Origin: Chrysemys picta bellii
Taxonomy: Eukaryota
Direction: 5' to 3'
Length of the DNA: 64,000 nt
Assembly (NCBI RefSeq): GCF_011386835.1
Contig: NC_088798.1
Span: 104,718,001 to 104,782,000, forward strand
Position numbers and translations under genes: made by a program. Under the pieces are notes generated by a model that saw nothing but the letters and a program-made list of their open reading frames with translations, ran no database searches and had not been told where the DNA came from. Position 1 is the first letter of the stretch, and the number at the start of each line of letters is the position of its first letter. This document shows, one piece after another, positions 36,860 to 46,887 of the stretch.

Positions 36860-37884
36860 GTGAGAAGGGGGCTGTGGGGAGGAGGGAGAAGCACATTGGG
36901 AAGAAGTTATTTTTGCTGAGTTTACCTCAGACTCCGTTCATGTTCCATAGGCCCAAACAAAGTTTCCTGAGCATCGATAAAGCCTTGGGTGAGCTTTAGT
37001 CCTTGTGAAAGTCAGAGATGGATAGAGCCATGCCTGCTTCCCCGCCCAGCCCCAACTCAGCTCAGCCAATGCACCCCCCCCGTCATGACCAGCAGCACCC
37101 CTGCTTTTCCAGTCCTGGGCCCCAGCAGAGCTCTGCCAACGCACCCCAATTGTGACCTCCTCCAACCCTATCTGAGCAAGGATCTGGAGTCAGGCCCATT
37201 CGTTTCACCAGATTACACGTAGGCCTGCTCCCTGGAGTGCAGGGGGGGCAAAAAACACAAGGGACAAATCTGTGGGGAAGCTGCATTTCTGGGCTGTCCT
37301 GGGCCCAGGCTCTGCCGCTGCTTCACACGCAGAGCTCCCATGAACATCAAGAGCAGGCTTTGGTGTGTGGGACGGCTACAGATCCAGCATGTGTGCCATT
37401 GTGCTAATAATGCAGGGACAAACCTTTGCCCTCGGGGGCAATGCTAGGCAGGGCTTACGATTCCAAGCGGGAGGAGACCTCCGGGTGCCATGTGGCCCTC
37501 GCTCCATCGTCCCACAGGGAATTAACCTGCAGCTCTCCAGCGAAGCTCAGAAACGGGGCTTCTCCAGCAAATATAGGTAAAAAGTCAACACTGAATATTT
37601 CCTCTGCCCACATGCAGCTCTAACCCTAACCCTAAATCTCCCCCGAACCATAGGGACACTCCACACCACATCCTGTCCCCCTTTAAGGCCCCGCAGCCCC
37701 CACGTCTAGTTAATATGTGCACCCATCTTCCAGGTTGCGGGGATGGCCTTCGTTCCACAAGTTTGCCCAGCATCCTGCAGAACTGTCCTATCATGGAGAG
37801 GCCACATGAGTCAGGGCTTAATTTGTAATGGCAAGAGAGGCCAGGGCTCAAGCAATTGTTTTACATTCATAACGGATACAGCAA

Positions 37885-38350
37885 GCCCAGAGGTGCCGGG
37901 GCTCTGAACCGCCAGGCCCGGAGGTGCCGGGGCTCTGAACCGCCAGGCCTGGAGGTGCCGGGGCTCTGAACCGCCAGGCCTGGAGGTGCTGGGGCTCTGA
38001 ACCGCCAGGCCCGGAGGTGCCGGGGCTCCGAACCGCCAGGCCTGGAGGTGCTGGGGCTCTGAACTGCCAGGCCCAGAGGTGCCGGGGCTCTGAACCGCCA
38101 GGCCCGGAGGTGCCGGGGCTCTGAACCGCCAGGCCTGAAGGTGCCGGGGCTCTGAACCGCCAGGCCTGGAGGTGCTGGGGCTCTGAACTGCCAGGCCCGG
38201 ATGTGCCAGGGCTCTGAACTGCCAGGCCTGGAGGTGCCGGGGCTCTGAATTGCCAGGCCCGGAGGTGCCGGGGCTCTGAACTGCCAGGCCCGGAGGTGCC
38301 GGGGCTCTGAACTGCCAGGCCCGGAGGTGCCGGGGCTTTGAACTGCCGGG
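37885..38350. repeat. 31-bp GC-rich minisatellite, about 15 copies
   Basis: Unit GCCAGGCCCGGAGGTGCCGGGGCTCTGAACC, period 31. Confidence 0.95.
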
Positions 38351-39171
38351 CCTAGTCTTGCCACTGTCTCACTGAGTTTCCTTGGGCTAGTCAATTCATC
38401 TCCTAGTGCCTTGGCTTCCCCTGCTGTACAGTAGGGATGGTGCTTTGAGATCGGAGGATGAACAGTGCTGTGTAGGAGCTAAGTATTCTATTATTCCAGG
38501 CTGCTGGCCTGCACTGTGTTGAACTCTGTGACATGGTCTTGCGCTGCAACATTTACCCTTCAATGGCGTGTATCAAAGGCAATAGCTGAAGGGGAAGCAA
38601 ACCGCAGGATTCCAACAAGAAGCTCCCCTTCACCCACACTGCGCTATCACCATCGTCGGGGTAGATAGTACCCAGTGTCTTCCCTCGGGATTGGCACCCT
38701 GTTGTGCTAGGAGTTTGTTCAAACACTGGGGTAGAACTGGCCCCTTCCCCAAAGCGCTTTGCGTCTAACCACTCCACCTGCCCCATGCTCTCCACAGCGT
38801 AACTGGACTGGGCACCGCCTGGAAATGGAGGAGGTGGACACTGTTTTCTTTTTAAGCCTGGAGTGTGACTGCTGGAGCCAGGCGTTGAATAGCTCCATTC
38901 ACCACCTCCGAAGGAACCTGAATGCCTTCATGGCACGCGGGGGTGAAAGGAATTTTGTTTAACGAGTCGAAGAGTCAAGCCTTTGACTTGCTTTGAAATC
39001 TCTCCCCTTCATCTCCCGAGTTCCCCGGCCTCTCCATCCCCTCAGCGCCCCCTCCTCCCTCTCGGAGGGAACGGGAGAGTGTGGAATTGCTGCGGAGCTG
39101 TGAACAGTTGCAGCTGCTGCAGCCCCACTCCAGCAGCGCGGCTCCCTGGTTTGTGTCCGGCTTGCCCCAGC

Positions 39172-39226
39172 ATGAACTCCAAGGCCCTGGCTGTCCTGGG
39201 CTGCGGCCTTCTCCTCCTCCTCTTGG
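39172..39226 (+). CDS. PDGFRL-like exon 1 (signal peptide)
   Basis: 55 nt from ATG to strong donor G|GTAAGT; hydrophobic core LAVLGCGLLLLLL. Confidence 0.85.
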
Positions 39227-42200
39227 GTAAGTCTTGCTTTTCTGACTCTTTCCCTTCCTCCTACTCATTTCCCAAGCCCATACGTTTCCCTCCCCCTCCC
39301 TAGCTTGGTGCTCCTTGCATTCCTCAGTGGCCTACACCAGGATGCCTTGTTGGAGGGCAGGGCAGCATGCTGGAAAGGCATGGCATGAAGACAGTCCCTT
39401 ATTGCCTGCAACACCAGCAGGAACTCAGGGACTGTGGCTGTATAGGGACTTGCTTCTGCAGCTTTGGCCAGGCCGTGGTACTGGAACAACTTTGCCAATG
39501 GGCCCCAGCCCCAATTATTTTGGCTTGAGTGTCATCAAGGGAAAGATCCCAGGTTTTGCTGGCTTTGTGGGTCCGCATAAAAGGAAGCTGGATGAGTTTC
39601 CCTTCAGACATGCATCATGTACAGGAGCCATCTCTTCCCTGGCCAGAGAAGAAGGATACATAGGAGGGTGGTGAGTCAGATGGCTTGGCAGATTTGGGAG
39701 ATCCACATCTAAGTTAGGATGCCTGATCTCTTGCTCTCTGCCAGGTGCATCCCAGATGTCCTGGGCTTGGGTGCATGTGGGGATCACAGATAGGAGGCAA
39801 AAGCTACTTGCTACACAAATGCCTCCCAACAATCAATGAACAGAGAGCAGGCAAACCAGTGAGTGAACAGAGAGACCTCTTGTCTGCTCAGCTACGATAC
39901 TTTCACAGCATCTTCCTGTGCCAATACCCAGAAGCAGCTTAGAGTAGGAAGACAAGTAACCCTACTAGGAAAAGCCTTGTCTTATATGGCACAGGGATCC
40001 TGCCAGTCATGTCCTTTGCACGGTGAGTGGGTAAGAATTTCCTTGGTAAATAATGTTACCCTGCAAGAATTGCAGATTTCTGCCCTTTTGGGGATATGCC
40101 ATTTGGGACCCGATTTCCAGAACTTGTCTCTGGTTTTGAACCCGCGACTGATTATGGCCATTGTATCAGGCACACTCCCATTTTGAATACGCAAACAGCC
40201 TTTTGTGGATGTGAATTCCGGGATCCAAGAACCCAGGGCCAGATGCTCGGCTGGTGAAACGACACCGATGAACATCAGCTGAGGCGCTGGGCCGTATCCC
40301 AGTCAATGTGTGGTGGTAAACTGGTGCTGCCCCTCATTTTGTGGGCTCAGCTGCACACACAGAAATGGGGCATCTCATAACCGGACCCTTAGTGTGTCCA
40401 TGAAACCTGTGCTGTGGGTTAGGAGGGAGAATAAACATCCCGGCAGTGCCTGGGGCCTGACCTGGCCCTGTTGCTGAACAGCCTTTTGTAATTAAAGATC
40501 AGTGCAAGACCCTGCAAAGCCGCGCTGCGCCCTCTGCCCCTGTGGGCCTGTGTCTGCTGCTGCTCTGCTATCAAATGCGTCTTCTCTGTCCTCAGCTGAA
40601 TGTCAGGAGAAGGAAAAGCCCCCCAAAGCCACCGAGAAGAAGGTCACAAAAGAGCCCAAGCCAAACAAGCTCAAACCTCCCAAAGCAACAGGTGAAAAGC
40701 TCCATCAGGCAGCAGCCAAGCCCCCGAAGGGCAAAGCCGGAGTGAAACCCACGGCCCCTCCCAGCCAGGTGCACCCGCCTGCGTCCATCCTGACTCGGGT
40801 GGTGGCCAGGGGGCGGTTCCAGAAAGTGCCTGACTCCCTGACGCTGACGGCAGGCGACACCCTGGAGCTGCGCTGCAGAGGGCGGTCCGTCAGGTGGAGG
40901 TTCCCTGCGTACCTGGAGGACGAGGATGAGGGGCGGCTCAGGTGCGTGTCCGGGATGTGCAACGGGCTCTGGGAGGCTGTCCAGGCCCGGGGCCTGTCGT
41001 GGATGAGGGGTGAGCAGGGCCTGTGTGGGGTCCATTCCCCCGAGATGCCAAAGGCATCAAATGGCTTCAGTAAATGACATGCAGGAGGCTTGGATTTGGG
41101 GATGCCGGGCAGACCCTTGTTCTGGAGGCCAAGCACAGGTGAGGGCATGCAGCAGACGCGTTACCCTGGCGTGGACAATCGGAGCTCGTTTAACAGGCCC
41201 AAACACACAGACACCCCCTGCTCGCTCCGTGAGATCCACCAGGGAGCAAAGCTGGCAGGCGCTCAGGGATATAGAGCCCGAGTCTCACGTTCAGCTTGAG
41301 TCTGGCTGTGGCTTCCATTGCCCGTCCCACCTCTCACGCCCCACGGCCCTGGGCTGGGGGACAGTGCGAGCTACACAGCAGTTGGGAGCATGTTAAGAGA
41401 GGGGCTGTGCCAGGCACTATCCATCTCTCAGCATTTGGAGCACCCTGGCCACGTCTCCCGTTATTAACCATCTCCGGACTTCACCCCGCTGGGTGGGCAG
41501 GTAGGTCAGAGCGGGGGAGCTTGACACTCGGTGCCCACTGGGAATTGTTAGCGTGACCCTGTCATGCACGGTCTGTTCTTGGGCACAGGCTATGGGGGTA
41601 CAGGAAGCCCTTTGCCGGCCCCAGGCTGTCACGGTGGGCGTGGAGATAAGTGGGTGTTTTCCTGCCTCACGCAGTGCACAGTCAACCTGTGGAACTCATT
41701 GCCAGGGGATGTTGTGAAGGCCAAAACTATAACAGGGTTCAAAACAGAATTAGATACATTCTTAGAGGATCAGTCCATCAAGGGCTATTAGCCACGATGA
41801 CCAGGGATGCAACCCCCTGCTCTGGGTGGCCCTAGCCTCTGACTGCCAGAAGCTGGAAGTGGACGACCGGGGATGGATCACTTGATAACTGCCTGGTTCT
41901 GTTCATTTCCTCGGAAGCACCTGGCTTTGGCCATTATCAGAGACAGGACACTGGGCGAGATGGACCCTTGGTCTGACCCAGTCTGGCTGTTCTTATGTTC
42001 GACTGTTTGATGCAGAGGCCCAGGGTGACTCTCCTGGAGTCTGAGCAGGGCCCTCTCCCCTCTGTTTCAGAATCAAGCACTTTGAGAGGCACAGCCAGCT
42101 GCTGGTGGTGAACTCCAGGGCTGCTGACACGGGCGAGTACAGCTGCTGGTCCTTCCAGTGCCGGGACAGCGAGTGCCAGGACGGAGAGGACAGGACGGGC

Positions 42201-44773
42201 AAGGCTTTCATCTTCTTCACAGGTCAGGCTTCTGCGCTTAGACCGGTTTGGGGCAGGCAGGGGACATGAGCCAGAGAGCATCAGCATCTGCTCTCGTTAT
42301 CCAGCGGACAGGGAAGCCCCGGGTGAGGCCTGCTGCGGGCTAGGGCGTGTTACACAGGAGGCCGGCGCAGGTGGAGAGCCGGGAAGTGTCTCCCTGCCTC
42401 CAGTATGTAATCCCACTGCCCTCCTCCCTCCCCAGACCCCCAGGAGCTGTTCGTGCCGACGGAGGATTACTACGAAGTGGTCCAGCTGCGCACGAACCAC
42501 CCCACGCTCCTACCATGCCAGGTGACCAGCCCTCTGGCCAAGGTGACGCTGCACCGCGAATTCCCCCCCGAGGAGGTGGCCGTGGACGGGATCGACATCT
42601 CGTATGACGTGAAGAGGGGGTTCGTGATCCACCGCCCGCGGCCCTCGTATGCAGGGTCACTCTTCTGCATGGCCAGCCTGGACGGCATGCGGCAGATATC
42701 CACCAAGTACATGCTGATCTACATCAACTGTGAGTGACCGTTGCCTGGCAGGGATGGGAGATCCAGGTGGGAGAACACCTATGTGTTCCTTTGGTTTTGA
42801 GACCTCCACCTGCCTGCTTGCTGACATCCGCTGCCTTTACCCGAGCCAGCTCCACCCTTGTCAGCTCAGGAACGGCGCTAGCTAGCCAGAAACGCTCCAC
42901 CACACTAGCAGTGGGGACAGGAATGGGGACACAGAATTCCACCTGCCTTCCTAAGACAGAGCAGGAGGAATTAGCCCACGAGGCTGTGTATCGTTGCGGC
43001 CTTCTCACTGTCACTAGCGTTTCTGGGCACTGCTGCGCTCATACAGACCTGCTTATGCAGAGCAGACCCTCTGCCAGCTGAGCTATCCGGACATGTTAAC
43101 TGAGCGCCCCTGGTCACCTGCACTGGTCTGTAATTATCGAGGACCATACACATGCTGACGTACCATTCGTCAGCCCGCCAGATGAACACACGCCATCCAG
43201 CACAAGGAGATGGTAGGTTGCTACATTGACAGAGGTCTCTAAGCAGAAGCAGAGACCCCTTTAGCTGCTGGAGATACCTGTTAGCAGGCCTGTCCCTCCC
43301 TTAACCCAGCCCTAAAGCCCAGAAGGGTTGGCAGGGAGGTGGTGAGCTGATGGACGCTCAGCGCTACGGCTCCCTGAACTGCCATTGGTTGACTAGCCCA
43401 TCTCCTACGATCGGGAAGTGGCTAACCCATGGTACTTTGCCGCCCTTCCTAATCCTGCTTCTCACCACTTCACTCTTGACCTCGCAGACCCGTCCTCTGC
43501 TCCCAAACCCACAGTCAGCGCCTCAGCCGCCACTGTGCGGGCTGGAGAAAACTTCAACGTGACATGCACGGTTTTTGGAGAACCAGAAGTCGCGGTCGAT
43601 TTCACCTGGGAGTATCCGGGGCAGCAGGTAGGGAAGCGAGGTGGCTGGGTGGGAAGGGGGTTGTTAGCCTGATAATACCGAATGGCTCCAACCAAGATCA
43701 GGGTCCCATTGCGCCAGGCATTGTACCTACAAAGAGTAAGAGGCAGTCCTGGCCCCCCAGGGCTTACAGTCTAGACAGAGAAAGTGTGTGTGGGGGGAAT
43801 AAAGGCAAAAGAGGGAGGATGAGTTGCCCCAGGTCACACAGCAGGTCAGAGCCAGAAACAGAACCGAGTTCTCCTGACTCCCAGACCATGGTGCCTCCCC
43901 ATCTATAAGGGCACAGAGAGAAGAATGGGGCTTGTGCTGCACACAACTTTCCTTTCAGGGGCTTCTCCTCTGCAGCTGACCAGAGGCATTTTCCCCACAG
44001 GAAACAGCACAAAGGGCTGATGTGACCTTTGCAGAAGCACGGTTCACTCAGCACACCAGGGCCAACGAAACAGAACTGAACGGACATGGGCTGGGGCCTC
44101 CAGAATGATGGGCAGCTCCAGTGAAACCAATGACTGTGGGCGGGGGGGGGGGGGGGGGAGATGGCGGGGGGGCGGGAAATTGGGCTTCATCGGAAATGCA
44201 CACGGCGCCCTTTTCATGGAGTGGGAGGTAGTAGGTGGGGCCGCCATGCAGACCAGGTGTGAAGCTGAGGTCCCTTCTGCCCATCTCTGGTGACACTTTA
44301 CGGGGGAGATACCAGGAGCCCGTGGTGCTCCGTGCATGGAACAGGGGATGTCCGGGGGGTTGGCTAATATGCCCCCTCTTGCTACAGCAGATGCCAGTGA
44401 CCAGGGCTAGGCGTGAAGGGCTGTTGAGCATCGGATGAGCCCTTCCTTTGCCTCCAGCCCTGCACTTACCAGCCCCTAGCTCTGCAAGTGCTGCAGGCTG
44501 CCTAGGAAGGGACAGGAGCTCTCCAACCCCCATTCCGCGCTTGCTTTTCAGATTGGCAGGCCCCCCTACAGCCGCGAACGCGCCGACCTAGTGCGCCGAG
44601 GCGGGCAGGTGCAGCAGGAGTCCGAGAGCATCCTCTATGTGGACGAGGCACGCGCCATAGATGAGGGGCTTTACTCCTGCAGTGCCATGAACCTACAGGG
44701 CACCACCACCGTCTCCACCCGGATCCAGGTACTTCCAGCCACCCCGGCCCCGAGGGGGACCCGGTCTGGATAG
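39172..44773 (+). CDS. Platelet-derived growth factor receptor-like protein paralog (secreted, 3 Ig domains, 402 aa), complete gene
   Basis: Join: 39172-39226, 40596-40941, 42071-42222, 42436-42729, 43488-43627, 44552-44773. This is 1209 nt, open, all GT-AG, intron phases 1,2,1,1,0. It has a signal peptide MNSKALAVLGCGLLLLLL and PDGFRL hallmarks GRFQK, LELRC, YPAY-like FPAYL, ADTGEYSCW, KVTLHREFP, YDVKRGF, CTVFGEP and NLQGTTTV. No transmembrane or kinase exons; AATAAA at 44823. The ortholog symbol PDGFRL is withheld because synteny indicates a paralog. Confidence 0.93.
40596..40941 (+). CDS. PDGFRL-like exon 2 (Lys/Pro-rich stalk + start of Ig1)
   Basis: 346 nt, AECQEKEKPPK...SILTRVVARGRFQKVPDSLTLTAGDTLELRCRGRSVRWRFPAYLEDEDEGRL. 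Confidence 0.93.
41652..42000 (+). mobile_element. CR1 3' fragment (second subfamily) in PDGFRL-like intron 2
   Basis: CACAGTCAACCTGTGGAACTCATTGCCAGGGGATGTTGTGAAGGCCAAAACTATAACAGGGTTCAAAA...TTCTTATGTTC tail. Confidence 0.85.
42071..42222 (+). CDS. PDGFRL-like exon 3
   Basis: 152 nt, RIKHFERHSQLLVVNSRAADTGEYSCWSFQCRDSECQDGEDRTGKAFIFFT. Confidence 0.95.
42436..42729 (+). CDS. PDGFRL-like exon 4 (Ig2)
   Basis: 294 nt, DPQELFVPTEDYYEVVQLRTNHPTLLPCQVTSPLAKVTLHREFP...RQISTKYMLIYIN. Confidence 0.95.
43488..43627 (+). CDS. PDGFRL-like exon 5 (Ig3 N-half)
   Basis: 140 nt, YPSSAPKPTVSASAATVRAGENFNVTCTVFGEPEVAVDFTWEYPGQQ. Confidence 0.95.
44552..44773 (+). CDS. PDGFRL-like exon 6 (Ig3 C-half, stop)
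   Basis: 222 nt, IGRPPYSRERADLVRRGGQVQQESESILYVDEARAIDEGLYSCSAMNLQGTTTVSTRIQVLPATPAPRGTRSG*. Confidence 0.93.
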   Translation: MGRPPYSRERADLVRRGGQVQQESESILYVDEARAIDEGLYSCSAMNLQGTTTVSTRIQVLPATPAPRGTRSG

Positions 44774-44822
44774 CCAGGCCGTGCTACAGACAGGGAAGTC
44801 AGCGATGGCAACGCATAGAAGT

Positions 44823-44828
44823 AATAAA
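44823..44828 (+). terminator. Putative polyadenylation signal of the PDGFRL-like gene
   Basis: AATAAA 50 nt after the TAG stop. Confidence 0.5.
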
Positions 44829-45561
44829 AGGACCAGAGATCTCTTTGTGAGACAGGGACCAAATTTGCTTCCATTCTCCCGCCTCCCCTTCATGGGATTT
44901 ATTTACTCATTAAACTGACCAGCTTCTTCAAAGAGGAGAGACTTTGTTTTGTCCACAGGGTGCACTGAGGGGAGGCGAGAGGCTGCCCCAGGTGAGTCTG
45001 GGTCAACCCTGAGCAAGCAGAGCATTTCACTAGGATCCGAGACGGGAAACCAGTCCCTCTGTGCCACAGAGCCTTGCTGCCAACGTGCCCCAGAGCGGCA
45101 CATTGCTGGCTGGCAGGTTCTCTCACTGCTTCTGCTCTCTTGAGCTCTCAACACTACACCATGGGGAGCAGGGCCCAGGGTAGCAGAACCACGTCAGCTG
45201 GGTCACAGCTGCTGGGAAAGAAACTAGATCTGGGCAAAGCTCTCCGAGGGGAAGAGAGAGATGGAAGGTCGAAGCTGTTACGGTCCAATCCAAGTGGGGT
45301 CTGAACTTCTGCCAGGTTTAGGCCCACTTGGGCCTGGGATTCTGCCCAGGGCTCATTGCACATCGAGGGGTCAACAGCAATGTTCAGAACTGTGGGCTCC
45401 ACCTATCCCACAGCTCAGGGCTGGTTGGATCCAGGATTTGGGGTCCGGCCCAGCTCTAGTTCACGGTAGCAGATGGTTGTATCATTTTAGTCACCCGTGT
45501 ACCGTGTGCGATGACATACGTGCGTGGGTGTGCAGCGTATGGGAGCCTGCCGGGGCATATG

Positions 45562-46092
45562 CAAAGCTGTCCCTTGGGTATGGCAAATTGGGGCAACCGC
45601 TCTGGGCCCCGCGCTTTGGGGGGCCCCGCACTTCAGTGTGTGTGTGTCATGCGGGGGGGCGCTAGGCCGGCCCGGGGGTGGGGTGGGGTTAGGGGTGCCT
45701 CCTATTTCTTTTTCTTCCTCGGCATTTCAGGGCTCCGGCTCAGTCTCCGGCAGCAGCAACCCCAGCCCGCCCCGCCCCGCCCTGCCGGCTCCCAGCATTG
45801 CCCACCGCTGCACCAGCCACCAGTGTCCTAGCACCGCCGGAACACGCCAGCGCCAGGCTGACCCCATCCATTGCGCTTCTGCCCCCGGTCCCTCCCTTTT
45901 CCAGGACCCCCCAGAACAGGGGGGGCCCCCTCACCCCTAGCACAGGTGCCACCCTGTGACTCTCCATCATCCCTCACCCCCCAGCACTAGTGTCCCCTCC
46001 CCACACCAGATTTCACCTGTATAAAAAATGTTAAGGGGGGCCCCATACAGGCTGATTTCTCCCAGGCCCCCACCCCCCTAGGGACGGCCCTG
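45562..46092. mobile_element. hAT MITE
   Basis: CAAAGCTGTCCCT...AGGGACGGCCCTG; TSD GGCATATG/TGCATATG. Confidence 0.78.
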
Positions 46093-46604
46093 TGCATATG
46101 TGTATGCTTGTGGGAGCATGCAGAGTGTGTGTGCGTCAGCCTATATAGCTGTACATGTGTTTGTGCATAGTTATGTGTGCGCGCCTACACATCTGTATAG
46201 GCAAATGCCTGCGCGTGCATGAATATGTGCATGGCATGTATATGTGCAGTGCATGCGGGGTACTCACACATCCACACATGAGCACGCTTTCCCATGGGCA
46301 GCCCTGAACAGGGACCAACATATGTATTTTCTAGCAGCCATGAACTTTAATTCTAACATGCCACCAGTCACGCTGCCCTCCCTCATGGAACCATTTCATG
46401 GGGAAAGCCAAAGGGGAGACAGCCATGATATAGAAATACACCTGGTGGCCAGGAATGTCACCACCCTCTCTTATTGCCTACATCTGTGAGAACACGGGGT
46501 TCATAGCTCACCCAGTAGGGTCCCTGCCTGCAATTCTTACGCTAAGGATTGTACCTCTGGGAGGTGACAAATACCCCCTAATACAGCAGGCCAGAGAAAT
46601 GCAT

Positions 46605-46887
46605 CATAGAATTATAGATTAGGGTTGGAAGGGACCTCAGGAGGTCATCTAGTCCAACCCCTGCTCAAAGCAGGACCAACCCCAACTAAATCATCCCAGC
46701 CAGGGCTTCGTCAAGCCGGGCCTTAAACACCTCTAAGGAAGAAGATTCCACCACCTCCCTAGGTAACGCATTCCAATGCTTCACCACCCTCCTAGTGAAA
46801 TAGTGTTTCCTAATATCCAACCTAGACCTCCCCCACTGCAACTTGAAACCATTGCTCCTTGTTCTGTCATCTGCAACCACTGAGAAT
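46605..46887 (-). mobile_element. CR1 3' end
   Basis: CATAGAATTATAGATTAGGGTTGGAAGGGACCTC...; minus peptide [52 protein letters not shown]. Confidence 0.92.

Noticed and set aside
39172-44773. Truncated PDGFRB/CSF1R/FLT4 receptor
   Set aside because: Exon sizes, the basic stalk, three Ig domains and a stop plus polyA right after Ig3 match PDGFRL architecture; no transmembrane or kinase exons follow.
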